This document shows, one piece after another, positions 47,672 to 59,930 of a DNA stretch of 64,000 nucleotides (positions within the stretch are counted from its first letter, which is position 1; each line of letters opens with the position of its first letter). The notes below the pieces were generated by a model. It was given only the letters and a program-made list of their open reading frames with translations, did not search any database and had not been told where the DNA came from. The position numbers were made by a program, and so were the translations under genes. The stretch lies in NCBI GenBank assembly GCA_028534125.1, contig CM052818.1:35466001-35530000 (forward strand), given 5' to 3'. This DNA is from Lama glama (lineage: Eukaryota).

Positions 47672-48420
47672 CTGGGGGGAGGAAGATGTGCTGGTCCCCA
47701 AACAGCAACCTCCACATGGCTTCTGAGCCAGGGCCACCCTCGACAGGGACCCAGAGCAGGGTGGACAAAAGGCAGGTCCCAAAGCTAGTATGTAGGCATT
47801 GGAAGAGGCCCAGATACCCTGGTTCCTTTTCCTGAGTCCTTCCCCCCACCTTGGTCCAACAAGAAATTGAGTCAAATCCTAGTGAAGACCTGGATTTCCA
47901 CTTTTTTCTTGGGCCCTTTCACTTCAAATGGATCAAAAGTCAATTTTAAAATACTGTCTTCCTTCTCATTTTTCCCAGGTCCCAGGTTTTATTGGTAAGG
48001 GCCACGAGAGGCCACGTGGCTTAGTCCAGTGCTGCTCAAAGGGTGGCCTGTGGCCTGCTGCCAATTCAAGATCTGTCTGAGCCTGTTTACATTGAGCTAA
48101 CTACGGAAATTGAGAGTAAGTGTTTAGTAAGCAATCTGACAAAGCCATGGCAGCCAGTTATGGTCTATGGGCTTGTATTTTGTGTGAGTTTTTCATTTAC
48201 TTTTCCTAGGAGTTCTTTGTAATTGTGTTTTATAAAGTATGGATCTGTGACATATTAGAACTAAAAACTAAACTGGTCCTTCTCCACAGCTAGGTTAGGC
48301 AGCGCCGGTTTGGACGACTAGGGGCTTAGGAGCCACAGAGGACAGCTGGCTTTCTCCAGCCATGCACCATCCCGCTCCCAGAGGTGCCCTTGGCCAGGGG
48401 GACCGGGGGAGCCACCATAC

Positions 48421-48499
48421 CTGAATTGAGTACATGATGATTTTAAAGCAACGGATGGCAAACACCTTGGGTTCCCAAAGAGAATGGTTATCCAGATGG
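48421..48499 (-). CDS. EFR3B: EFR3B exon (likely 8)
   Basis: HLDNHSLWEPKVFAIRCFKIIMYSIQ; cag/gtatgg. Confidence 0.95.
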
Positions 48500-48947
48500 C
48501 TGTGAGGAAGAAGATATGGGGAGTGACTATGCAACGCAAGTGATGTTAAGGAGGAGAAGTTTGGTGGGAGAATGACACCTCCCGAGACATCAGGCCCCTC
48601 TCAAAGCTCCCAGGGGCATAGCAAGGGCTTTCAGGGGTAGGTGAGAGAAGGGAAGCATGAGGGACCTCAGGGCACTTCCAGCCCCAGAGTTGGAGGGTTC
48701 CATAGCTGTGGACCCAGGAATGAAGTCAGGTACCTTCCTTCAGCCTCAGGGGCTCTCCTGCCCATTTCTCTCCCCCAGACTGCACTTGGCCACCATGTGG
48801 TAGCTTTTGATGCCACAATGCAGGGCACACAGGAACAGAGAAGGGACCAACTTGGCCACAGCACCACAACCATTAACACCTCCTCCCCAAGGAGGTTCCA
48901 GACCCGAAACAGTTCAAAGCTGAAGGCTGCTGTGGTGGGGCACTCAC

Positions 48948-49082
48948 ATGAGAACAGGCTTGATGGCATTTTTGATGTTGCCAAAGGCAGCCCGGCCCAG
49001 CAGTTCCCGCAGGCACCTCTCAGCCAGTTCTGCCGGGTTCTCCTTTTCCTTCTCTGGTGCTTGGAGGGGTGAAGGGGACCGG
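48948..49082 (-). CDS. EFR3B: EFR3B exon (likely 7)
   Basis: RSPSPLQAPEKEKENPAELAERCLRELLGRAAFGNIKNAIKPVL; cag/gtgagt. Confidence 0.95.
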
Positions 49083-50171
49083 CTGTGGAAACACACAGCA
49101 CACGTGTGAAAGAGGGAATGCAGAGCTGGGAGGCAGCTTTGTGCAGGCCTGGGTTTCTGTGCTTCACTCATGCAAATGGTCACAGTAGGATAAGCAGGAA
49201 TTTGATGTAGGCTGCACTCAGTCATGGGGACGGGGGAGCAGTCTATGCTGTCTGAAGTTAAATGGGGTAAGGAAGCCCAGAGAGGAGGAAGACTGTGGGA
49301 GGCAGAATAAAATTCTTTTTATGGAAATCTTTAGGGATAGGCCTGATGTGCTTCTGTGGGAAAGATAGCTACCCTGAGCTCCATGGGCCTGGGTTGGGGT
49401 GGGGCGCAGACCTAGGGTGTCTTCATGTCCCCAAGGCTTTGGAAGGAAAGAGAGATGAGATCAGAAGAGATGGAGGCAGATAGAGAAAGCAAAAGAAAGG
49501 GGGAGAGAGGAGGAAGTGGAGAGAGTGAGAGGGAAAAAGGAAGGCATGGGGGTTGGCTCAGGTGTGACTCAGTGGCACTCAAGTCATGGGAGGTGAGCCC
49601 AGATCTGGACAGAAGGAGCCCCAGGGTTCCTCATCCTGAGACCACTCTAGACCACCGAGGATATGCTATTCCGGGAACAACCACCAGAGGGCACACTAAC
49701 TTCCCCACCGTCTGTAGCAGCGGTGGCTCAACTGAAAGTGGGGAAACCAGTGCATCTTTTGAGTGGCCACAGGCTGGCCAAGCAGGCATGTTGAAGGCCC
49801 TGAAACTCCATTAGGAAGTGAGGGGAAAGAAAGGAAGGGTCCTCATCAGCATCTGGAACCATGAAAGGCATTAAAAAACCTCCTTGGCCTGCTGCTTCCT
49901 CTAGAAGATCCAGGAGACCCGACTCTTGGTTCTTACCCCAGGGAGCCCCGCACCTTCAGGAATACAGACCTTAGGAAGGTACAGTGGCTGGTAGAACGCC
50001 AAACCCAAAGCTCCTAGGGAACCAGCTTTGGACTCACTGTAGAACAAGCCACAAAAACCGGGATCCCTGGCCTCGGAGCTGGGTTCACCAACCAGCCCCA
50101 GCCGCGTGGTTGCCAAGCACCCGGGACGGCTGCACACAGCCACTGTACAAGCTCCTCCCTCACCTGCTTAC

Positions 50172-50321
50172 CTCTCAGCCTCCTCCACGTGTTGCAGATT
50201 GAAAAGCAGTGATGGGACGATCTTGTCCATGTGCTGTGGGTCCCAGATATTGGCCTGCAATTCGTCATTCACTGTCTTTCTTACCACCCCTTGTAGACCT
50301 TTGATGCCCGACATTCGGATT
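50172..50321 (-). CDS. EFR3B: EFR3B exon (likely 6)
   Basis: IRMSGIKGLQGVVRKTVNDELQANIWDPQHMDKIVPSLLFNLQHVEEAE; cag/gtaagc; phases 2/2. Confidence 0.95.
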
Positions 50322-51518
50322 CTGTAGGGAAAAGGGAGACATGGGGCCAAAAGTCCCCAAGCCCTGACAAGTCCAGCTCCAGTGATAAGGAGAGGCGCAC
50401 AGCGTGGGGAGTAGGGATGCATTCAGCCACCAAGAGGCAGAACCGAGCCCAGCTTCTCCTCTTCGTGTGACTTGGCCTCCTGGCTGATCAGCTTCTTGTG
50501 CTGGTGAACATGAGCCTGAAGGCTGTGCCTTCTGGTCATCTCCGAAGTTCCCAGACTGCCCTTGCCTGTATCACCCAGGCTTCATCCCCAGGGTGCCAGA
50601 CTCTTTAGTACCCAGCTGGGTTTTCTCCAGCCTGAGCCCAAGATTTAAGAGCCCAAGTGCTGCCAAGAACTGACGAGGCAGAATCTAGGGCTGTGAGGAG
50701 CTTAGAGGGGGAGGGGGGCAGGAGGGGGAGGGGGGCAGGAGGGGGAGGCACAGAGCTCAGGCTCTCAGGCACAAGGGGATCTCAGCTGGGACTAAGCCGG
50801 CTGAGAAACCAGAGGGGAAGTGAGTAACAGCACAGAGGGGACCACTTTTACACACCCCCCAGTCCTCACTGCACTCACCAAGTCAGCATGGCCCTGCAGG
50901 AGGGGGCCCTTTTTACTGGCTATTTATTTTAGTCTGAAGTTCCTTTTTAAAATCTAATTATAAAATAATACATGCTAATTATAGAGAAGTGTAAAGATGA
51001 TTTACCCCTGCCACCACCACTCAAAGATAATTACGGCATTTTGGTGTCTTTCCTTTCTTTCATATAATACATAACAGAATTAAGAACCTATTGCATACAT
51101 AATTTCCCCCCCATAGCATTCTATCACAAGCAATTTTCCACAACATTAACTCACAAACATGTTGAATAGTTGCCTGATACACTGTCAGATAAACTTTCTA
51201 AACTACTCTCCTATTGGGCATTTAAGTCATTTCTAAAATTTTTGCTTCTGGAATAGTGCTACGATGGACATCACTGTACAAAGTGCTTTACTACATTTCA
51301 GATCATTGCCATGAATCAAAAGGTAAGAAATGAAAAGTTCCCAATATTCCCTGATTCTTCTCCCCACCCCCATCGCACAAACCGCAGGAGACCGCCATCC
51401 TCACTGTTCCCGCCTCAGCACTGGGGATCTTATTTTAAACATCTGCTCTAATTTTGTGGCTCAGAAAAATCCTCACATCTTGGAGCTATTTCAGTTCATA
51501 TCCTTTTGATGATTATTG

Positions 51519-51756
51519 TTTGTTTGTTTCTTTAATGGAGGTACTGGGGATTGAACCCAGGACCCCATGCATGCTAAGCATGCTCTCTACCACTGAGTTA
51601 TTTTCCTCCCCACCTTTTTTTGTGGGGGGAGATAATTCGGTTTGTTTGTTTGTTTGTTTGTTTGTTTTTTATTTAATGAAAGTACTGGGGATCGAACCCA
51701 TGACCTCATGCATGCTAAGCTCCGGCTCTACCACTGAGCAATATCCTCCTCAACCC
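51519..51756 (-). mobile_element. Tandem pair of vic-1-like SINEs inside one 17-bp TSD
   Basis: Two tRNA-like heads; CCTTTTGATGATTATTG at 51502-51518 and 51757-51773. Confidence 0.85.
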
Positions 51757-52815
51757 CCTTTTGATGATTATTGGAGTTGAGTTGTTTTTCTAAATATTTC
51801 ATTGCCATTTGTCTTTTCAGCTTCAGTTTTCAGTGCCGTTACCAGGGCTACTCTGGGCTTTCCCTAGCGACCATGACTGGGTGCTGGGAGGTGCCTAAGG
51901 CACCAAGATCCCCTGGCCCAGGACCAGTTAGGGCTGCTGGCAAAGGACAAGGATTCCCTGGGCAAACACTCCACTACTTTGATCTTGACCCCCAGTCAAC
52001 ACCCAGAGCCTGGGGCTGTCCAGACTTGAGAACGAAGTAACTGGAAAACAATTATGCTAACTATTCTTGGCTCCAGGTTAAAAGGTGTTCCCTAGTGCTC
52101 TGTTGAAATCAATCCCAAACGTGCTGGACTCATACATTCCACCCAAGAGAGCCTGGCTGGCAGGAAATCAAGCCCGGGGAGTGGAAAACTTTCTACCCAG
52201 GGCTTCCTTATGTGAGGCTGTGAATTAATTTTTCCTCTTTCTTTCCATCTCCCCAGAAGCCCTTCTACATATAATCCCTTCCTGGTTAAACATTTCATTC
52301 CATGACGCCCAGAACTGACCGACCCTTTCAAAATAAATTTGGAAGATCAGGCCTGGGGGAGAAGAAGCCTCTTACTGCTCCTTGGAATGAGCTCAGTGGG
52401 GGCCTGCCCATATGCAAGGGACCTGGGGAGTCTCTGAACGCAAGGGGACCACACAAACACACACACACCCCGCACACACCTATTTACAAGACCCAAGGGT
52501 AGTCCTTGGAAAGGAGCTCTGGGTTCTGCAAAGGCTGTGAATGGACAGGGCGGGGTGGGGGGGTGGCGGCGCTCAGGGAGAAGCGGTACAGAGAGGGTAT
52601 GGAAGAGAGACCACAAGAGGAGCCTGATGCAAAACTCCTCCCGCTCAGCCGCCTTCCTTTCATGGGCGGCAGGGGCCAGCCTGTGGGTGCTGATGGCACT
52701 GCCTGGTTGCCAGAGCAAGTCTCAGCACCCTTCTCTCAGCCTTCAGTCCACTCCCCACACTGTCAGGACAGTGTGACCATTCTGCTTCTGAGCCTTCTCC
52801 CCTCCTACCATGGAT

Positions 52816-52962
52816 TGTGTGTGTGTATCTGTGTGTGTGTGTGTAAGAGTGTATGTGATTGTGTGCATGTCATTGTACCGGTGTGTGGTTTGTATGGATT
52901 GTGTATGTGTGTGTGTGCAGCTGTGTATATGTGTGAGAGTGTGTGTGTGTGTGTGTGTGTGT
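52816..52962. repeat. Imperfect (TG)n microsatellite region
   Basis: Interrupted TG runs, with a near-pure run at ~52939-52961. Confidence 0.9.
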
Positions 52963-53964
52963 CTGTAGAGTGGCATGAGGAGTGTCCCCTCCCAAAAGCG
53001 TGGCACCACCTGCATGGTCAGCACCCATTACAGCCACACCTGGTTCCAGTCCCGCACCTTCCCCATCACCTGCTTCTGGACCCTTCTGCCACCTTCTCCA
53101 GCCCCCTCTCGGCCTCTTCATAGCCATCTGGAGTGAGGCTGCTGCTGCGGGAACCAACACTAGGGGAACATAAGGGGCTCCTTTCTCCCACGACCCACAC
53201 TTGCCTCATCAGAGGCACTGCAGCAGCACAGCCCCAGGGGGCCCCTGACTCGTTCAAAAAAGGGGAGACGGGGGAGGCCAGGACATCCCGCATCAGTCAT
53301 GTGGGGTCCTGCCCTGAGCCATTCACTGGCTTGGAAGCTTTGGGAACCAGCAACCAGGGGGATGGAAGGGTTCACTTCCTGTTCCTCCAATGCAGACCAT
53401 CATCTGCGGCCAGCAAGCACCTGACCCTGCTGTTGTACATCATGTGGCACTCGGGCCCCCGAGGTGCTGACGTGATGCAGGAAGGAGCCGTCGGCTGAGC
53501 TCCAGAACAAACCCTTGGACAGCTGGCCTCCTGTGGGCACTCTGGGCCCCCAGCCTCAGCCCCCAGCCCCTTCCTTCTCCGACTCCTGCAGCTTTAGTTG
53601 GTAAGGGCAGCTCAGCCCTTCTCCCTCCTTCCTTCTCCTCTCCCTCTGAACACATTTTCTGGTTTCACATCGCCTCCCCAGGGGGCTAATGCACTCTCTG
53701 TAGGCAGGAGTTTACTTCTCATCCTTTACACCTTATAGTTCTAAGGACGATGCTTGACACAAAACACCGCTTTACTGCTTCACCAGCCTGATGCAAGGGT
53801 TGTGTTTTATTTGTGTGGATTTCTTTGTGATTATATTTGAGGGCTTTTATTTCTATGTCAATGAGTGTATTTCTGCGAGTTAAGTATTTTTTACAAGTGT
53901 GAATACTATGTGTGTGTAAACATGTGTTCTTGTAATTCAAGATGTTTATCTGAAAAGCATTCAT

Positions 53965-54475
53965 GGCATCATTCACTTACTCAACAAGTATTTATTGAGA
54001 GTCTGCTGCTCTCCAGGAAATGTTGTAGCACTTGGGATGCATCAGTGAACAAAACAACAATTCCTGCCCTCACAGAGCTTACATTCTAAGTGAGGAAAGA
54101 CGGACGATGAATGAGAAACATAAGTAAATTATGAAACATGCTTGAAGGAGATACGTGCTATGGGGAAATGAAACAGAGCAGGGTGAGGGAGAAGGCGAGG
54201 GGATGTGTGGGGATGTTCAGGGGATGGCACTGTTGACAAGGGGACATTTGAGCAAAAGCCTGAAGGAGGTGAAGGGGTGAGCAGTACCGATCCACAGAGG
54301 AAGCATTCCAGGCACAGGTGCAAATTGTGCAAAGGCCCTGTGGCAGGAATGTTCCCATGTGCTTCCAAGACAGCAAGAAGGCCTGTGTAGCTGCAGGGGA
54401 ATGAGCAGGGGAGAGAGGGGAGGAGATGAAGTCAGGAAGGCAGCAGGGATCGGCAAATGTGAGGTCTTTGGCTTT
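53965..54475 (-). mobile_element. L2 relic
   Basis: CATTCACTTACTCAACAAGTATTTATTGAG...CCTGCCCTCACAGAGCTTACATTCTA...TGCAAAGGCCCTGTGGCAGGAA. Confidence 0.75.
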
Positions 54476-54849
54476 TTATTTGTGGGTGTGTAGTTTGATG
54501 GAGAGTGGTGAGTGGGAGTGTTTCTAGGGTGTATAAATGCATGAATTTCTGAACAAGAGAGCTTGGGTGGGTGCACATGTGTGTGCTGTCCCTGGCTCAG
54601 CAGACCATTATCCTATATCTCACCCTGTTTTCTGTCCCTAGAGGCGGTCCCTTTAGAAAGCAAATGCTGGGCACCCAGCTCTGCCGAAGCACTCACCGAA
54701 GTCCCGCTAGGTACTCTTTCCCCTCGCAACGTCACAGCGGAGGCAAACACCAGTGACATCAGACATGCAATCTGGACTGGGAGCCCTGCAGGACCCACTG
54801 ATGCTTCTGTCATTAGAGGCGCAGCCTCCCCACCTTGCCTTATACTCAC

Positions 54850-54971
54850 TTAGTCTTGATCTCCAAGTCCTCATGGCTGGAGTGGCACATTTCACTGAAG
54901 CGAGACACGAAGAAATCGTAGCTCCGATGGTAGGATGGGGTGTCCTCCTCGATGTTGGCGAACTTGACAAA
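54850..54971 (-). CDS. EFR3B: EFR3B exon (likely exon 5; most 5' coding exon found in the window)
   Basis: cag|TTTGTCAAG...ACTAA|gtgagt; FVKFANIEEDTPSYHRSYDFFVSRFSEMCHSSHEDLEIKT. Confidence 0.95.
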
Positions 54972-57900
54972 CTGTGTGGGAGGAGAGAGGGAAATGCACT
55001 GAGAGGTAACCCACCGTGCCCCTCGCCTTTGCGCTTTGGAACTTGGCCTTCCCAGATCCTTTGCCGTAGTGAAGCCACAAGAAAACACACCTTGGGAACC
55101 ATGCATCCCAGGTCTACCTCCCAGAGCACACTCAGGAGCTCTAAGTTCCAAATCCTGCTCCCCTTTCCCACCTACACAATAAGACTGGAACCCCTGGCCC
55201 TTCTCAGCCCTTCCCTGCTGGGTGAGCAGAGGATGGAGAAGAGAAAATGAAGGGGGCTCATTAAGCTCTTGCACCCTCTTACATTCAGAGCTGCACCACA
55301 CACTCAGGCTGAAAAGCTGTTAGGAGTAACCCTGACACTGAGCGAAAGCCAATGCCAAAGCATATAGCACCGCCCTCAAATGCGTTCTGGGAAATCAGTA
55401 CAAATCTGAAATTTGATTTTAAAACATAATTACATTAAAATTTTGAGTACATTTTAAAGGTACTGCCATTTCAGTTCAGTTCATCTCGCTCAGCATCCTC
55501 AGCTGCTGGATCCTTTCTGCCATCACTGTGCTAGGGACTCGATTTCAACCAAGTCCCGCAGAGAAGCAGGAATCACAGACTGAGTGGAGTTAAATTACTA
55601 AAAGTGCAATATAATTCTTCTAGGTTATTTTGTTTACTGTTGTAAATTTAATACCACAAACAACTCTAAACAGACTAGACCTTGAATAGATTCTCCACTA
55701 TTCTGCCTCGTTATTATTATTTAATTTTTACAAATCTTTTTTGGTTCAAAAAGGATACAGAGTTATTCCTAAAGTATCTTGTTAGTGCACTCTCATCTTA
55801 TTCAGTGTCAACTGTCAATCTACAGCCCCATCTATTTAAAAGTTGCTCATAACGTTTTGTGGCTGAAAATTAGCCACTTCCACAAACATCATTAGTTATT
55901 GTAGTGTTTTGTTCTTGCAGTTATAAGTATGCATTTGTTTGCTGCTGACTCACAGAATCCCAACATGCAGAACAGATGAGGAAACCTTGCCTTCTGAGGC
56001 ATATCTAAAATGCGTACATGTATTTGGACAGGAGTATTCTGATATTAGCAATAAATCCAGATGACATCGCTTGCATTATTGATGTGGTTATGTAGACGAG
56101 GCTAGTGGTAATCCATGTGATCACAGGACAGTTGATTAGACACAAAACTCAGGAGTTACAGAAACAATAAGAGGGCTGGCCGTCGGCTACGTGACCTCCT
56201 AAGCCCCACAGGCTTGAACACGGACTTAGGCTGATGCTGGGGCCGATGCTAAATTTGGGTGCATCGCTGCTCGTAACCACTGACAGGATGTTCCCAGGCT
56301 GCACTCACCACGGCCGAGGTCTGGCTTGGTCCGTCTACTGAGATGGGTCATGCAGCTCCGGGTCATGCAGATCTACCTCTGACTGGCGGGGAGAGCTCTG
56401 AGTGGGACATTTGACTTCTCTCATGTTTTGGTTTTCCCATGTGTGGACTGAGCTGCCCAGTCTTCAGTCACTACATCTTTTATTTATACTGTATCCACTT
56501 TAAATATGATGAGGCAGCTTAAGATAAGCCTACGTATATGCAAGAGTGCATGCATTACAGAATAATTAAAACAAGAATGAAAATGAAAAGAGGCCAGTAA
56601 AAAAGAGGGAGAAACAATCAAAGACTTTACCCCTTGGTATTCAGTGACTGTGTAGACCCAAATGCATGGCAGGAGAATGAATAACCAAACTTTATGTTCA
56701 GTGGCGTAGGAGCTTCTGGGCTAATAGCAGTGATGTTTAGAACATCCGCGTATCAGGTACTACCCTAAGCATTTTACATACATCAGCTCTTTCATTTCTT
56801 AAAATGACAGTAAGTGACAGAGATACTGTTCTTCTCATTTAACAGACAAAGAGACCAAGACCTGCAGATGTTATGTAATTGCCTGGGGTCCTGCAGGGGG
56901 AACCCGGGCCTCACGCACGGCAGGCCTGAGCTCTGCCCAGAAAACCTCCAGGCTTTCCTCCTGCTCTTTGCTTCCTCCTGTGCCTCAGACCAAAGGACCC
57001 GGGAGAGGTGCTCTGGGGATAGGGGCGGTGGATACTGTCAGAGAGAACAGAGGATGAAGAAGCCACCGGGGGTGGTGGGGGGACCTTACTTTGGCCTTAT
57101 CAAGAGGGCTGGAAGAGTGAAGGTGCTGGTTTCCAAACCCTACGGTACAGAGAGTCCAGGGGGCTCCATAATGCAGATTTCTGTCTCCAGCCCCAGACAA
57201 GCTGGGCCAGCCTTGGAGGAGGCCCGGGGGTTCGCCAGCTAGATGGTCTGAGGCTCACACTGGAGAAACACAGCAGGATCTCCGGCGGGCAGCCTGGCCA
57301 CCTCCCCTCCCATCCAGCCCCTCTCCCTGCCCTGAGGCCTCTCTGAACCGACTCCTCATCTCTGCGGATGTGACAGCCAGTCGTCTTCACATTCAGCTCT
57401 GACTTTCCTCTTCCTCCCATCCGTCCTGTGAGCCACAGGCAGGGCTGGCGGCCAGTCAGGCGTGGCCAGAGCCACATTCGGGACCAGTCTGTTCTGACCG
57501 GCTGTTAGCCATGCTGTCCGGGCTGCTCAGTATTTCGACTAGGGCCCCCTGGCTGTGAGGTTAAAATTGAGATTACAAACACTGTTTAAAAGCAGAAAAT
57601 TCTGTGACAGCCACGGAGGTAAGGCAGGGTAGAATACATGCGTGGAGACTCCTTTTCTAGAACCACAGAGGCTTTTTTCTAGATTAGCCCAGCAGTCACT
57701 TCTGAGTCTCTCCCAGCCAGGCCAGTCACAGCAGCTAAGCTCACTGGAAAATTCCCTCACTCTTTTCTTCTGTGACTCTGTGCATCCTTGGAGTGTCACT
57801 CTTCTTCCCCGGAAGTTTAGTTTTGAGTCTCCTTCTCAAATTTCGATTTTAACATGATGGCTCTTCAGAGTCTACGTAAATGTCTACTTAAATATAGACT

Positions 57901-58369
57901 GCGCCCCCTGCATCTGCTGGGCTCACTGACACCCATCTCCTGGCTCTGCCTCTGGTCCTCTGCGGCTGTGGAGGTCATGTAACTTCTGAGCCACTATTTC
58001 CTCATCTGTAAAATGGGGATGATAGGGCCTATGCCACGGGGTGGTCACCAGGGTCAGTGAGGGGATGTGTGCAGTGCCTGGCGTACAGCCTGCCTGGAGG
58101 AATGCCCCTCACTGCGCTGTCCACCCCACTTCGCCAGAAAAACAGCTTCAAACATGGTCACTGGGCAGCACGTTTGCTTTGTTTTGATTCATACCTTGTT
58201 CTGTTGGAAGCTTTCAAAACATTCAAAAGACCCAGGTCCTTGAGGAAGTTATTTAGAGACACAGGACTTTGCGTCAGGAGGAGCCAATGCCCCATCTTTA
58301 ACACTGGGATGGCAGCAACACGTGAAAGAGGGAGTTAACACCTATTTTCTGCATAATGACAGCATTAAA

Positions 58370-58657
58370 CGTTTCTGTGGCTCCTGCAGTTCACGCACCC
58401 TGTTAGTCCCCCCAGGCTGCATCACTCCAATCTCTGCCTCCGTATTCACATCGTTTCCTCCCTTGGGGCAAATCTCCCTCTGCTTCTCTCTTACAAGACC
58501 CTTGAGATGGCACGTAGGATCCTCCTGGATGATCCAGGATAATCTCCCCATATCAAGATCTTTAACTTGATCACTTCTGCAGAGACCCTGTTTCCACAGA
58601 AGGTGACGTTTGCAGGTTTGGGACATATTTGGAGGGGCCCTTTTTCAGCTTACCAAA
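58370..58657 (-). mobile_element. MLT1-type LTR fragment
   Basis: GCATCACTCCAATCTCTGCCTCC, TCCAGGATAATCTCCCCAT.TCAAGATCTTTAACTT.ATCAC.TCTGCA. Confidence 0.75.
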
Positions 58658-58852
58658 ACATCCATTATCTGATGTAACTTTTGGCAAGCCAGGGAGTTTA
58701 GTAGGATCTGCATGTACTGCTCCCATTGCGAAGAGGAGGAAACTGAGGCTCGGAGGGAGAAACTGAATTATTTCAGTTTAACCAGAGTTGTGACAGGCGG
58801 AGCTGGGCCTTGCACTCGGGGATTCTGATACTCTGATGCTCTTCGCCTTCCA

Positions 58853-58995
58853 CCAGTGGTTTTTCAGTTTTAACGTGCAGCAGAATGACCTGGGCAGCTT
58901 GTGGAAAATGCAGACTTTGGAGTCACCCCAGGCCTGTTGGACAAGACTCTCAGGGGGTAGGACCAAGGCATCTGCATTCTGAACAACACCCTCCG
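58853..58995. mobile_element. MER5-type hAT MITE
   Basis: CAGTGGTTTTTCA...CAGAATGACCTGGGCAGCTTGTGGAAAATGCAGA...ATCTGCATTCTGAACAACACCC. Confidence 0.65.
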
Positions 58996-59880
58996 CCCCA
59001 AGTCCCACCCTGCAGGTTCTGGGGCAGGGCGTCTAAGACCCCAAGTCCTTTGTCTCTCTGCTGGTAAGCTGGACCAGTTGCTATGAAAATGACCCAAAGC
59101 AGGCTAAGAGGGAGAAGCATAAGCAGTATGTTGGCAAAGTGTGGGAAACCATGTCCTGGATAATCGAAGCCACCCAAGGCTGAAGAGATGGCCACCTCCT
59201 TTGAACTGGGGTGGTTTGGGGTTGAACCAAGGGTCAGATGGCTGGCCCTGCCATGGCTCCATCTCTGAGGCCCAGAACTGCAGCCTCCAGGCTCATTCCA
59301 TCGCCTCGCTCTGTAAGATGCTTGCTCTATTATGAGGTCTGGTGATGAGACCGCCACTCAGAGGGTGTGTCCCTCATTTATTACCTCCCAGGTGGTTCCA
59401 GGGCTAATAAAACAGTCACCTTTTGGTACCAGGATCTCTGAACATCTTTGGGGACCTCGGGTTTGATAGCTTGATGGGAGGAGCTTCCCTTCCCCGAGTC
59501 TGGAAGTGCGACAGCACAGATGACCCGCCCAGATAACCTGGTCACGGAACGTTGGCCTGCAGTGTCCCCACGGGGGCAGCTCTGAGGGAGAGCCCACCAC
59601 AAGCTGCTCCTGAGTTCCCCAGGGCTGCAGGAGGAGGCCCAAATGGAAACTTTGGTAATTGTGGATCAGAGGATCAAACTGGGCTTCTTCATGGGGACCC
59701 TGCTCAAGGGACCACACCCCCTGCGGAAGTCCACCTGAGAAATGCACTAAAACCTGGCTGAGATGGAGGTGAGGCTCTAGGGCTTAAAGTAGAGACTTCA
59801 TCTCTCATGTTAGGGGCAGAATAGTGTTACGATTATCAGAAGAGGTCTGGAGCCAGGCTGCATTTCTGAATCCAAACTCC

Positions 59881-59930
59881 CACTTAGTAGGAGGCTGATC
59901 TAGGGCACTTAGTAGGAGGCTGATCTAGGG
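59881..59930. repeat. Perfect 25-bp tandem duplication inside a MIR
   Basis: CACTTAGTAGGAGGCTGATCTAGGG twice. Confidence 0.95.
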
